Part shown: positions 49,147 through 58,619 of the stretch, piece after piece
Numbering within the stretch: position 1 is the first letter of the stretch
How the letters are laid out: each line of letters starts with the position of its first letter
Origin: an uncultured Planctomycetia bacterium
GTDB taxonomy: Bacteria; Omnitrophota; Gorgyraeia; Tantalellales; Tantalellaceae
DNA length: 64,000 bases
Direction: 5' to 3'
Assembly (NCBI GenBank): GCA_964409365.1
Contig: CAYPCX010000007.1
Coordinates: forward strand, 18,655-82,654
Made by a program: the position numbers and the translations under genes
The notes under the pieces: generated by a model
The model's database searches: none
Told to the model about the DNA's origin: nothing
What the model saw: only the letters and a program-made list of their open reading frames with translations

Positions 49147-51198
49147 ATGCCCCGCGATATCCCCATAAGATACATAAAAGGCGTAGGCCCCCAGAAAGCC
49201 CGGGTTTTTGAAAAGCTGGGCATCGAGAACGTATCCGACCTTTTTTATTACCTGCCCCGCCGTTACGAGGACAGAAGCCGGATAGTCGATATCAAAGACC
49301 TCAAGCCGGGTGAAATGCAGGCCGTTATAGGTAATGTCCTCAGCGCGAACATCTTTACCGCCAGGACCGGCACCTGTATATTAGAGGTGGCGGTGGGCGA
49401 CGACAGCCACAGGGTGTTCGCCGTGTGGTATAACCAGCCCTATATGAAGAAGCTTTTCACCGCCGGGCAGAAAGTGATGCTTTACGGTAAGGTAGAGCTC
49501 GAGAGGCGTTTCCAGATCACTCATCCGACCTTCGAGATACTGGAGGGGGAGGATAAAAAAGGGTCTCTCGATATCGGCAGGATAGTTCCCGTGTATCCCT
49601 TGACCGAGAATCTCTCCCAGAAGTACATGCGCAAGACGGTGCACCGGGCCATCGGTTCTCACCTCAGGGAACTGCAGGACTGCCTGCCCACGCGCGTGAG
49701 AGCGAGGAGGAAACTGGTCGATTCCAGGTTCGCCGTGGAGAACATACATTTTCCGCATTCCTTCGATAATCTCGAAAGGGCCTATAAGAGGCTCGTGTTC
49801 GAGGAGTTCTTTATCCTGCAGGTCGTGATGGCGCTGAGACGTAAAAGTTTCAAGACCAAAGGAGTAAAGCACGCGGCGGGGCAGGGTTTTTTGGATGATC
49901 TCGAGAAGCTGTTCGATTTCAAGCTGACCCGCGAACAGAAAAAATGCATAAAAGAAATAGAACGCGACATGTCCGATGAAAAGCCGATGTACCGATTGCT
50001 CCAGGGGGATGTCGGAAGCGGCAAGACCGCCGTGGCCATGTACGCGATGTTGCTTTCGGCGAAGAACGGGTACCAGGCCGTGATCATGGTCCCCACGGAG
50101 ATCCTTGCCCGCCAGCATTATGTCACGATAAGCAAGACCTTCATGCCGCTGGGGCTGAACATACGCCTTTTGGTGAGCGGGATGGACCGGAAAGCGGCTG
50201 AAAAGGTAAAGAGCGAACTGGCGAGCGGGGAGGCGGATATAGTCGTCGGCACGCATTCGCTTATACAGGAGGGTGTTGATCTTGCCAACCTCGGCCTTGT
50301 GGTCATCGACGAACAGCACAAGTTCGGTGTCGCGCAAAGGAAGACGCTGCGCGGCAAGGGTGCCGCGCCGGACACGCTCGTGATGACGGCCACCCCGATA
50401 CCCAGGAGCCTGGCGCTCACAGTTTACGGGGACATGGACATCTCTTTCCTGAAGGAGAAACCCGAAGGCAGGGAAAGCGTTATCACATACTGGGTAGGTG
50501 AGGGCCGCAGGGAAAAGGTGTATGAGTTCATCCGCGGTGAAGTGAAAGAAGGAAGGCAGGCTTTTATCGTGTATCCCAGGATAAAGGATACGGCTTCTTC
50601 CGACCTTTTGTCGGCGGAGACGATGTATGAACACCTGTCCAAAGACGTTTTCGGGGACCTGCGCCTGGCGCTTGTCCATGGAAGGATGAAAGTGGAAGAA
50701 AAGGACAGGGTCATGAGCGATTTCCGCCGCGGAAAATACGACATACTCGTGGCCACTACGGTGATAGAAGTGGGGGTGGACATTCCCAACGTCACGGTGA
50801 TGCTCATCGAGCACGCCGAACGTTACGGTCTGGCACAGCTTCACCAGCTCAGGGGCAGGATCGGCCGCGGCGGGCACGCTTCGTATTGCATCCTGCTGGG
50901 GGAGGCGAAAACGGGATCTTCGCGTGAAAGGCTTTCGACACTGGCGGAAACGGAAGACGGTTTCGAGATAGCCGAAAAGGACCTGGATATCAGGGGGCCC
51001 GGAGAATTCCTCGGTACGCGGCAAAGCGGCCTGCCGGAACTGAGGTTCGGCAACATAGCCAGGGATTACGCGATCATGGAGGAAGCCAGGGGAGAAGCGT
51101 TCGGTGTGGTCAGTGGGGATCCGGGTCTCAAAGATCCCCACAATGCGGGTATCAGGGCAAGTATAACTGAAAGATTCAGGGGCAAGCTGAAAATATGA
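49147..51198 (+). CDS. recG: ATP-dependent DNA helicase RecG
   Basis: IKGVGP, RLLQGDVGSGKT, IDEQHKFG, MTATPIPR, QLRGRIGRG, RGPGEFLG.RQSG. Confidence 0.98.
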   Translation: MPRDIPIRYIKGVGPQKARVFEKLGIENVSDLFYYLPRRYEDRSRIVDIKDLKPGEMQAVIGNVLSANIFTARTGTCILEVAVGDDSHRVFAVWYNQPYMKKLFTAGQKVMLYGKVELERRFQITHPTFEILEGEDKKGSLDIGRIVPVYPLTENLSQKYMRKTVHRAIGSHLRELQDCLPTRVRARRKLVDSRFAVENIHFPHSFDNLERAYKRLVFEEFFILQVVMALRRKSFKTKGVKHAAGQGFLDDLEKLFDFKLTREQKKCIKEIERDMSDEKPMYRLLQGDVGSGKTAVAMYAMLLSAKNGYQAVIMVPTEILARQHYVTISKTFMPLGLNIRLLVSGMDRKAAEKVKSELASGEADIVVGTHSLIQEGVDLANLGLVVIDEQHKFGVAQRKTLRGKGAAPDTLVMTATPIPRSLALTVYGDMDISFLKEKPEGRESVITYWVGEGRREKVYEFIRGEVKEGRQAFIVYPRIKDTASSDLLSAETMYEHLSKDVFGDLRLALVHGRMKVEEKDRVMSDFRRGKYDILVATTVIEVGVDIPNVTVMLIEHAERYGLAQLHQLRGRIGRGGHASYCILLGEAKTGSSRERLSTLAETEDGFEIAEKDLDIRGPGEFLGTRQSGLPELRFGNIARDYAIMEEARGEAFGVVSGDPGLKDPHNAGIRASITERFRGKLKI

Positions 51199-51199
51199 T

Positions 51200-51333
51200 A
51201 GGTGTAAGGTGTGAAGTGTTAGTTTGCCGTGGATCCTAAGGGGGATGTAAGATGTTGGATATTAGATATTTGATGGGGGAAGAAGACATGTCTTTTTCCA
51301 AAGGCCTGTAACCTGTTTTCTGTTCACTGTTCA
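51200..51333. repeat. Composite heptamer arrays in the recG-rsmD spacer
   Basis: aggtgta aggtgtg aagtgtt; gatgtaa gatgttg gatatta gatattt; ctgtaac ctgtttt ctgttca ctgttca. Confidence 0.72.
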
Positions 51334-51349
51334 CTAACATAGCGAGCAC

Positions 51350-51904
51350 ATGATGCGTATTATAGGAGGCGAGTTCAGGGGAAGGAAGATCAGGCAGCCC
51401 GGTACGGGAGCTGTAAGGCCCACGAAAGACAGGATACGAGAGGCGGTGTTCAATATCGTCGCCGCGGAGGTCCCGGGGGCTAAAGTGCTTGATATCTTTT
51501 CCGGCAGCGGCGCTTACGGGCTGGAAGCGGTATCGCGCGGCGCGGAGAAAGCCGTCCTGGTGGAGAGCGATAGATCTTCAGCCGGCACGATCTCGGAGAA
51601 TGTCCGTGCTCTCGGGGTAGGGGATAAGGTCAGGACAGAGGTCGCGGATGCCTTCGAAACCGTGGAGTCATTAAGCGAGGACAAAGAAAGGTTTGATCTG
51701 GTGTTCGCGGATCCCCCCTTCGGTAAGGGGCTGGCCAAAAAAACCTTGCTAATAATAAATCAATATGATATATTATTCCCTTCCGGATTGCTTATTATCG
51801 AGCATCACGCGGAAGAGTGTCTTCCCGAGACAGAGGGAAACCTTTCTGTTTATAAGAAAAAGACTTACGGAGATATTTTGATCTCCGTTTATTCCAGGAA
51901 ATGA
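51350..51904 (+). CDS. rsmD: 16S rRNA m2G966 methyltransferase
   Basis: MRIIGG...GR, RPT.DR.REA.FN, LD.FSGSG..GLEA.SRGA, DPPF. Confidence 0.96.
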   Translation: MMRIIGGEFRGRKIRQPGTGAVRPTKDRIREAVFNIVAAEVPGAKVLDIFSGSGAYGLEAVSRGAEKAVLVESDRSSAGTISENVRALGVGDKVRTEVADAFETVESLSEDKERFDLVFADPPFGKGLAKKTLLIINQYDILFPSGLLIIEHHAEECLPETEGNLSVYKKKTYGDILISVYSRK

Positions 51905-52383
51905 CTAGAAAAGCGGTTTATCCCGGCACTTTCGATCCTGTCACGTACGGTCATCTTGATGTCATCAAGAGGGCTGCCCAGCTGTATGACAGGGTCTTCG
52001 TCGCTGTCGCGCACAGCGCGGAAAAATCACCCCTGTTCTCGGCCAAGGAACGTGTCCAGATGATGGCGGAAGCCGCTAAGGGTCTGGAAAATGTCGAGGT
52101 AGAGGACTTCGATGGGCTGGTGGTCGATTACGCCGTGAGTAAGTCGGCCAGGGTGGTCTTAAGGGGATTGAGAATGATCTCGGATTTTGAATATGAGTTT
52201 CAGATGGCCCTTACCAACAGGAAGCTCAACTCGGATGTCGAAACGGTGTTCATGATGCCGAACGAATCGTATTCATATCTTTCGAGCAAGCTGATAAAAG
52301 AGGTCGCCCGGCTGGGGGCGGACGTGTCCGAGTTCGTTCCCGGGAACGTCGACGCGAAATTGAAGGAGAAGCTCCGCAAATGA
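51901..52383 (+). CDS. coaD: Pantetheine-phosphate adenylyltransferase
   Basis: YPGTFDPVTYGHLD, RGLR..SDFEYE, SS. Confidence 0.98.
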   Translation: MTRKAVYPGTFDPVTYGHLDVIKRAAQLYDRVFVAVAHSAEKSPLFSAKERVQMMAEAAKGLENVEVEDFDGLVVDYAVSKSARVVLRGLRMISDFEYEFQMALTNRKLNSDVETVFMMPNESYSYLSSKLIKEVARLGADVSEFVPGNVDAKLKEKLRK

Positions 52384-53381
52384 GCAGGATATTGGAGCTC
52401 AGAGAAAAGGCCAAGAAGGAAAAAAGAAAGATCATCCTTCCCGAGGGAGAGGACGCGAGGGTCCTGAAAGCCGCGTCGGTACTGGCCGCGGAGAACATGG
52501 AAGAAGTGTATACCCTGGGCAGAGAAGGCAGTGTGGCCGCTCTGGCGAAGGAACATTCCATATCTCTCGACAGGGTGAACATCATAGATCCTGTTACCTT
52601 TGAAAAGCGGGAAGAGATAATCAATACTTATTACGAGCTCAGGAAACATAAAGGCATGACGCCCGAAGAAGCGGAAAAGATCGTGATGGGTAAGCTCGTG
52701 TTTTACGCCGCCATCATGACGCGGCTTGAGATGGCCGACGGATTCGTCGCGGGAGCGTGCCACACCACATCGGACGTCGCCAGGGCCGCCATACATTGCC
52801 TTAAGCTGGACAGGGAGATCGGCACCGTTTCTAGTTCGTTCATAATGGAACTGGAGAATTGTCCTTACGGCGAGCAGGGCCTTTTCGCCTTCGCCGACTG
52901 CGGGATAATACCGTACCCGTCGGCGAAACAGCTCGTGGGGATAGCGATATCCACCAGTGACATATTCCGCAAGCTCTTTAATGTCGAGCCGCGTGTCGCG
53001 CTTTTGAGCTATTCCACCAAGGGCAGCGCGAAGGGGGATTCCATAGATACCATACGGACGGCACTTGCCAAGATAAAGGAGAAGAGGCCGAACCTGATGA
53101 TCGACGGCGAGCTCCAGGTAGACGCGGCCCTGGTGCCTGAAGTGGCCAAGATCAAATGCCCGGACAGCAACGTGGCAGGGAAAGCGAACGTGCTGATATT
53201 CCCCAACCTCGACGCGGGGAATATCTCTTACAAGCTCACTCAGCGCCTGGGCAGGTCAAGAGCGGTGGGCCCGCTTGTTCAGGGGATGAACAAGCCCTGC
53301 AGCGATCTTTCCCGCGGCTGCAGCTGGGAAGACGTTGTCGATACGACCGTTGTGACCGCGATAAGGGCGCAGGGGCTTTAG
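52380..53381 (+). CDS. pta: Phosphate acetyltransferase
   Basis: LPEG.D.R, FADC, LSYST.GS, DGELQ.DAA, FPNLDAGNI.YK, DLSRG. Confidence 0.96.
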   Translation: MSRILELREKAKKEKRKIILPEGEDARVLKAASVLAAENMEEVYTLGREGSVAALAKEHSISLDRVNIIDPVTFEKREEIINTYYELRKHKGMTPEEAEKIVMGKLVFYAAIMTRLEMADGFVAGACHTTSDVARAAIHCLKLDREIGTVSSSFIMELENCPYGEQGLFAFADCGIIPYPSAKQLVGIAISTSDIFRKLFNVEPRVALLSYSTKGSAKGDSIDTIRTALAKIKEKRPNLMIDGELQVDAALVPEVAKIKCPDSNVAGKANVLIFPNLDAGNISYKLTQRLGRSRAVGPLVQGMNKPCSDLSRGCSWEDVVDTTVVTAIRAQGL

Positions 53382-53402
53382 CAGGTTTAAGGATAGAACG
53401 AT

Positions 53403-54545
53403 ATGTTGATCTTAGTTATAAATTGCGGTTCGTCTTCGGCGAAGTACGAACTCCTGAACGTGGAAAAAGAGACGGTACTGTGCGGCGGCATAGTGGAACG
53501 GATCGGCGAAGAACAGGCTTTTTTCCGCCATGAAGTCAACGAAAAAGGCGAGTTCCGGGAGAACGTCTCCTGCCCGAACCATCACAGGGCCATAGAGATC
53601 ATCAGGGACGCCCTGGTCGATCCGGAGAAAGGCGTATTGAAGGACGTCAGTGAGGTTTGCGGCGTCGGCCACAGGGTGGTCCACGGGGGAGAGGAGTTCA
53701 ACGCCAGCACCGTCATAGACGATAACGTCATAAAGAGTATAGAGAAATTTTCCGAGCTCGCCCCGCTTCACAATCCGCCCTCCCTGGAAGGCATAAGGGG
53801 CTGTATGAAAATATTCAAAGGCGTGCCCCAGGTGGCGGTATTCGACACCGCGTTCCACCAGACTATGCCCGAACACGCGTACTGTTACGGTATACCTTAC
53901 GAGTATTACGAGAAATACGGCATCAGGAGGTACGGTTTTCACGGGACGAGCCACCGGTACGTGGCGGGTAAGACGGCGGAACTCCTGGAAAGGCCCCTGG
54001 AAGAACTCAATATCATCACCGTGCATCTCGGTAACGGCTGCAGCATAACGGCCGTTTCGGGCGGGAAAAGCATAGAAACATCGATGGGTTTCACGCCCCT
54101 GGAGGGGCTTTTGATGGGCACCCGTTCGGGGGACCTTGACCCTGCGGTAGTCAGCTTTTTAATGGAAAAGGAAGGCATGAGCGCCGACGAGGTCACCACT
54201 GATGTGCTTAACAAGAAAAGCGGTCTCCTGGGCGTCTCCGGTATCAGCAATGACATGCGTGATATACTGAAGGCCATTGGTGAAGGGGACGAACGCGCCA
54301 AACTGGCTTATGAGATTTTTGCCTACAGAATAAAAAAATACATCGGCGCGTATGCCGCCGTTCTTGGCAAGGTGGACGCCGTGGTGTTCACGGCGGGCAT
54401 CGGGGAGAACGTGCCGAAATTAAAGGACGATATCAAGAACCAGTTAAGGCCCCTGCTCGGCAGCGGCACCGAGTTCCTGACGATAAGCACGAACGAAGAA
54501 CTTTTGATAGCGAAAGACACCTATCGTATAGTTCAGAGACGGTAA
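53403..54545 (+). CDS. ackA: Acetate kinase
   Basis: INCGSSS.K, GHRVVHGG, APLHN, FDTAFH, YGFHG.SH, HLGNG.S, TNEE. Confidence 0.98.
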   Translation: MLILVINCGSSSAKYELLNVEKETVLCGGIVERIGEEQAFFRHEVNEKGEFRENVSCPNHHRAIEIIRDALVDPEKGVLKDVSEVCGVGHRVVHGGEEFNASTVIDDNVIKSIEKFSELAPLHNPPSLEGIRGCMKIFKGVPQVAVFDTAFHQTMPEHAYCYGIPYEYYEKYGIRRYGFHGTSHRYVAGKTAELLERPLEELNIITVHLGNGCSITAVSGGKSIETSMGFTPLEGLLMGTRSGDLDPAVVSFLMEKEGMSADEVTTDVLNKKSGLLGVSGISNDMRDILKAIGEGDERAKLAYEIFAYRIKKYIGAYAAVLGKVDAVVFTAGIGENVPKLKDDIKNQLRPLLGSGTEFLTISTNEELLIAKDTYRIVQRR

Positions 54546-54564
54546 AGCCATAGAGGAGAATAGC

Positions 54565-54789
54565 ATGCCAAAAGTAAAACACAGACATTCAAAATCACGC
54601 GGAGCGAAAAGGAGAACTCACTATAAAGCGGAAACCGTCGCTCTTTCCAACTGCCCCCAGTGCGGAAAAGCGAAAAAACCGCATCATGTTTGTCCTTATT
54701 GCGGGTATTACGCGGGCAGACAGGTAAAGTATGTCGAGACCCTCGAAGAGCGCAAAGCCCGGAGAGAGGCGAAACAGAGAAAGACTTAG
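54565..54789 (+). CDS. rpmF: 50S ribosomal protein L32
   Basis: SKSR..KRR, CPQCG....PHHVCPYCGYY. Confidence 0.95.
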   Translation: MPKVKHRHSKSRGAKRRTHYKAETVALSNCPQCGKAKKPHHVCPYCGYYAGRQVKYVETLEERKARREAKQRKT

Positions 54790-54791
54790 TT

Positions 54792-54826
54792 CAGGTTCCA
54801 AGTTGCAGGTTTCAGGTCTCAGGTAT
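54792..54826. repeat. Heptamer array (CAGGTTT type) after rpmF
   Basis: caggttc caagttg caggttt caggtct caggtat. Confidence 0.75.
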
Positions 54827-54848
54827 TCGGATAATGACGGAGGTTTAA

Positions 54849-55841
54849 ATGAGGATAGGTTTGGACGCGATGGGCGGCGACAAGGCTCCCGAGAGCCCTG
54901 TGGGCGGCGCGGTCATGGCGGTCAATGAGTTCGGGTATCATGTCACACTGGTGGGCAGGGAGCACGAGATACGCGGCCACCTGAGGGACTATGACTACCC
55001 GGCCGACAAGATAGACGTGATCAACGCCACACAGACGATCGATATGGGCGAACCCGCCGCGCTTTCCGTAAGAAAGAAACGGGATTCCTCTATCGTCAGG
55101 GGTGTCGACCTTTTGAAGAACGGTGTTTTCGACGCGTTCGTGAGCGCCGGGAATACAGGCGCCGTGGTCTGCGCGGCCACGCTGAGCCTGCGGCTCCTGC
55201 CGGGCGTGGACAGGCCGGGCATAGCAGTGATAATGCCGAGCCTTCACGAGCCCTGCATGGTCATAGACGTGGGCGCCAACATAGACCCCAAGCCTTTTCA
55301 TCTTTTGCAGTACGGCATAATGGGGGACGCGTATTCCAAACACATATTGTCGAAACACAATCCCACTATAGGCCTTTTGAATATCGGCGAGGAATCCACC
55401 AAGGGCACGGATTTTATCAAAGAGACCCACATGATGCTTTCGGAAAGCAAGCTGAATTTCATAGGGAACGTCGAGCCCAAAGACGTGTATTGCGGCAATG
55501 CCGATGTTGTCCTGTGCGACGGGTTCGTCGGGAACGTCCTGCTGAAGGTGACCGAAGGGCTCGTTGACGCCGCGACCGCACTTCTGCGCCGCGAGTTCAG
55601 GCACAGCAGTTTCGTAGCGAAGTTCGGCGCGACCCTTACGCTTCCCGTTATCAATAATATCAAGAAGAAGGTGGACTCGGCCGAGTACGGCGGGGCGCCG
55701 CTCATGGGGGTCGACGGCAGCGTTATAATAGCGCACGGGGCTTCCAACGATATAGCTATAAAGAACGCGGTGCGCGTCGCGGGCGAGTTCGTGGACCATA
55801 AAGTGAACACGCACGTCGTCGAGGAACTGCAAAGCTATTAA
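54849..55841 (+). CDS. plsX: Phosphate acyltransferase PlsX
   Basis: DAMGGD.AP, SAGNTGA, DVGAN, NIGEE..KG, DGFVGN..LK, HG.S. Confidence 0.97.
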   Translation: MRIGLDAMGGDKAPESPVGGAVMAVNEFGYHVTLVGREHEIRGHLRDYDYPADKIDVINATQTIDMGEPAALSVRKKRDSSIVRGVDLLKNGVFDAFVSAGNTGAVVCAATLSLRLLPGVDRPGIAVIMPSLHEPCMVIDVGANIDPKPFHLLQYGIMGDAYSKHILSKHNPTIGLLNIGEESTKGTDFIKETHMMLSESKLNFIGNVEPKDVYCGNADVVLCDGFVGNVLLKVTEGLVDAATALLRREFRHSSFVAKFGATLTLPVINNIKKKVDSAEYGGAPLMGVDGSVIIAHGASNDIAIKNAVRVAGEFVDHKVNTHVVEELQSY

Positions 55842-55896
55842 GTTATGAGTTATGAGTTATGAGTTGTGAGTGAGGAGTTGGGAGTTCGGAGTTAAA
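55841..55896. repeat. Heptamer array (AGTTATG type) starting at the plsX stop
   Basis: agttatg x3 agttgtg agtgagg agttggg agttcgg agttaaa. Confidence 0.9.
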
Positions 55897-55913
55897 AACG
55901 AGGAGAAAAATTA

Positions 55914-56891
55914 ATGAGAACAGGGATACTTGGTGTAGGAAAATATCTTCCGGAAAACGTTCTCACCAATGCCGACCTTGAGAGAATGGTCGACACTACC
56001 GATGAATGGATCACCACGAGGACCGGCATAAAGCAAAGGCGTATAGCTTCCGACACCGAAGCTACCAGCGATATGGCCGTTAAGGCCGCGCGTAACGCGC
56101 TCAAGCACGCGAACCTGGAACCGAAAGACATCGACCTTATCATCGTAGCGACGATAACCCCCGACATGTTCTTTCCGTCGACCGCCTGTATCGTACAGAA
56201 CAAGCTCGGCGCCAGGGAAGTGCCGGCGTTCGACATAGCCGTTGCCTGTTCGGGATATATATACGGGTTGGCTATCGCGGACCAGTTCATCAGGGGAGGC
56301 GCTTATAAACACGCGCTGGTCATAGCTTCCGAGAAGCTTTCGGCGGTGACCGACTGGGAAGACCGCTCGACATGCGTGCTTTTCGGTGACGGCGCCGGCG
56401 CGGCTGTACTGGGTCCTGTGGAAGAAGGCGGTATCCTTGGCGCCAATCTCGGCGCGGACGGCAGCAAGGGCGAACTTCTGCAGCTTCCCGCCGGCGGCTC
56501 GCGCATGCCCGCTTCCTTTAAAACGGTGGAGAACAAACTGCATACGATAAAGATGGAAGGCAACGTCCTTTTCAAGCACGCGGTCAAGATAATGGCGGAC
56601 GCGGCTCTCGCGGTAACGGAACCTCTCGGGCTCAAAGGGGATGATATCGATATTATCATACCTCACCAGGCCAATGTCCGTATTCTCAATGCCCTGGCCA
56701 AAAGGATGGGCGTCGATCCCGCGAAGAAGGTCTATCTTAATATTGAAAAATACGGGAACATGTCGGCGGCTTCGAGCGCGGTAGCGCTTACCGAGGCCGT
56801 GGAAGAGGGAAGGATCAAGAAAGGCGATACCATCCTGATGGACGCTTTCGGCGGTGGCCTTACGTGGGGCGCGCTTATTATCAAATGGTAG
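55914..56891 (+). CDS. fabH: Beta-ketoacyl-ACP synthase III
   Basis: WI..RTGI, ACSG, LFGDGAGA, PHQAN, YGNMSAAS, FGGGLTWG. Confidence 0.98.
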   Translation: MRTGILGVGKYLPENVLTNADLERMVDTTDEWITTRTGIKQRRIASDTEATSDMAVKAARNALKHANLEPKDIDLIIVATITPDMFFPSTACIVQNKLGAREVPAFDIAVACSGYIYGLAIADQFIRGGAYKHALVIASEKLSAVTDWEDRSTCVLFGDGAGAAVLGPVEEGGILGANLGADGSKGELLQLPAGGSRMPASFKTVENKLHTIKMEGNVLFKHAVKIMADAALAVTEPLGLKGDDIDIIIPHQANVRILNALAKRMGVDPAKKVYLNIEKYGNMSAASSAVALTEAVEEGRIKKGDTILMDAFGGGLTWGALIIKW

Positions 56892-56898
56892 GACTTCG

Positions 56899-57037
56899 AT
56901 GTTTGTGCATTTCTTTCGGGGACGGTCGATTTTCCCAGCGAGAAAATCGACCTCGACAATTCCTTCGCTCGTCCGCGCTTTGCGCGGACACCGTGCTCGC
57001 TCAGTCATTAACGCCCCGTCAGAAATAGCACAAACAT
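56899..57037. other. Multi-stem structured intergenic element (REP/MITE-like or ncRNA)
   Basis: Outer stem atgtttgtgc-atttct..cgggg / ccccg..agaaat-a-gcacaaacat; inner hairpins ggtcgattttc/gaaaatcgacc and gtccgcgc-ttt-gcgcggac. Confidence 0.75.
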
Positions 57038-57088
57038 TCTCAGTAATATGGGTTTTTGTTTAATAGTAAATTATTTTGGGAAAGGTTG

Positions 57089-58099
57089 ATGATCATGGAG
57101 AGGAAATTCGGGCTTTTATTCCCCGGGCAGGGCGCCCAGCAGGCGGGCATGGGCAGGGAACTTTACGAGATCCAGGCGGCGGCGAGATGGGTCTACGACC
57201 GCGCTGACGAAGTGCTGGGAAGAGATATCAAAAGGCTTTGTTTTGAAGGTCCGGAGAACGAGCTCGCGACGACCGCCAACAGCCAGCCGTGCATTTTCAC
57301 TACCAGTATCGCCACACTGAACGTGCTCGTCGAGAAACTGAAAGGCTCTCCCGTGGGGAACGATGAAAGAGAAATATTCTCCCCGGAGGATATACAGTCT
57401 ATAGGCGCTCTGGCGATGGGCCTCAGCCTCGGAGAACCGACGGCTCTGGTAGCTTCCGGCGCCATGAGCTTCGAGGACGGATTGAAGTTCGTCGCGAAAA
57501 GGGGCGAATTCATGGAAGAAGCCTCTAATAAAGAACCCGGCAAGATGGCTTCCGTGATCGGCATGGAACTGGACAAGGTAGAAGAGCTCTGCATGGGGCT
57601 CGGCTGTCAGGTAGCCAACCTGAACTCGCCCGGCCAGGTCGTTATTTCCGGCGCGGCGAGCAGGGTGGAACTGGCGGCCGACCTCGCGAAAAGCCAGGAC
57701 GCGAAGAAGGTGATTATGCTCAAGGTGAGCGGCGCGTTCCATTCGGAACTCATGCTCCCGGCAAAGGAAAAGCTCATCAAGGTGCTTGAGGAGATAGATA
57801 TAAAAGAGCCGGTCATAGATTTTATAAGCAATATCGACGCGGAAATCACGAGGGATCCCGCGAAGATAAAGGAAAACCTCGCCAACCAGCTTGACAACAA
57901 GACGTTGTGGGAAGCTTCAATGAAAAAAGCCGCTTCGCTCGGCGTAAAGGATTACCTCGAAGTCGGCCCCGGAAGCGTCCTGAAGGGTCTTGCGAAAAAG
58001 ATCGATAACACGCTCAAGGTCACCCCGATCCATACCCCCGAGGACATAAAAAGCCTCGCCGAACCCCAGCTTCAGGAAGGGCCCGAAGCGGCCCAGTAA
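57089..58099 (+). CDS. fabD: Malonyl-CoA:ACP transacylase
   Basis: LFPGQGAQ, QP, GLSLGE, RG..M, AN.N.PGQVVISG, VSGAFHS, EVGPG.VL.GL. Confidence 0.96.
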   Translation: MIMERKFGLLFPGQGAQQAGMGRELYEIQAAARWVYDRADEVLGRDIKRLCFEGPENELATTANSQPCIFTTSIATLNVLVEKLKGSPVGNDEREIFSPEDIQSIGALAMGLSLGEPTALVASGAMSFEDGLKFVAKRGEFMEEASNKEPGKMASVIGMELDKVEELCMGLGCQVANLNSPGQVVISGAASRVELAADLAKSQDAKKVIMLKVSGAFHSELMLPAKEKLIKVLEEIDIKEPVIDFISNIDAEITRDPAKIKENLANQLDNKTLWEASMKKAASLGVKDYLEVGPGSVLKGLAKKIDNTLKVTPIHTPEDIKSLAEPQLQEGPEAAQ

Positions 58100-58180
58100 G
58101 CTGTCGAACTGCGGCATACTGCAATTTAAAGGAAATCATTATTATAGCGGTTAGTTATAAAATAGCAAGTTCTTTGCTTG

Positions 58181-58209
58181 TTGAGGATTCTCCCCTTTAG
58201 TAGTATAAT
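58181..58209 (+). promoter_or_regulatory. Putative sigma70 promoter downstream of fabD
   Basis: TTGAGG-N17-TATAAT. Confidence 0.55.
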
Positions 58210-58291
58210 AATAGTAGATATCACGATTTGACGTTTTGTAAAAACGGAGGTTGTGATGAAACTGATAAGAACTGGAGAATAATATACTGGG

Positions 58292-58313
58292 AACACCCGA
58301 AAGGGTGTTTTTT
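58292..58313 (+). terminator. Rho-independent terminator
   Basis: AACACCC-GAAA-GGGTGTT followed by a T tract. Confidence 0.85.
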
Positions 58314-58348
58314 GATCCGTGATATTTTGAAATTATTGAAAATTTTAT

Positions 58349-58377
58349 TTGACAAATCATCAAAGATTTGCTATCTT
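58349..58377 (+). promoter_or_regulatory. Sigma70 promoter of the riboswitch/giant gene
   Basis: TTGACA-N17-TATCTT immediately upstream of the aptamer. Confidence 0.7.
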
Positions 58378-58400
58378 GTACTTGTTGTTGTCGTTCTTTT

Positions 58401-58523
58401 ATGAGGTGACAAAGGTAAACCTGCCGAGAGGCAGGGACACAAAGCCACGGGTGCTTTTGTCCGGGCATTACTTCAGGAATATCGGACAGAAAGTAACGCA
58501 TAGCCGGGCTGCCGGATCGTTCA
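58401..58523 (+). ncRNA. Cyclic di-GMP-I (GEMM-I) riboswitch aptamer
   Basis: GGTAAAC-CTGCC-GAGA-GGCAG-GGACACAAAGCCACGGG ... TAGCCGGGCTGCCG matches the GEMM-I consensus as I recall it (GNRA-capped P2, GGGACRCAAAGC junction, AGCCGGG..GCC 3' end). Confidence 0.88.
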
Positions 58524-58567
58524 TAACGCGGAAACGCGCGTTATATCGAAAAGCAGCCCGGTTTTTT
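58503..58567 (+). terminator. Riboswitch expression-platform terminator overlapping the aptamer 3' end
   Basis: gccgggctgc (58503-12) pairs with gcagcccggt (58553-62), followed by T6; inner hairpin ataacgcg/cgcgttat. Confidence 0.8.
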
Positions 58568-58619
58568 CATATATACGATAAAAGGTTTCGCGCGTGCATT
58601 ACGGATCAGGGAGAAGAAG

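Noticed and set aside
56899-57037. tRNA or tRNA-like gene
   Set aside because: Too long, stems do not fit a cloverleaf, and there is no TTC T-loop or CCA end. No tRNA or rRNA gene was recognised anywhere in the window.
58411-58420. c-AMP-GMP (GEMM-Ib) variant of the riboswitch
   Set aside because: The discriminating position reads G (aaagGtaaac context), as in c-di-GMP binders. This assignment is by eye only.
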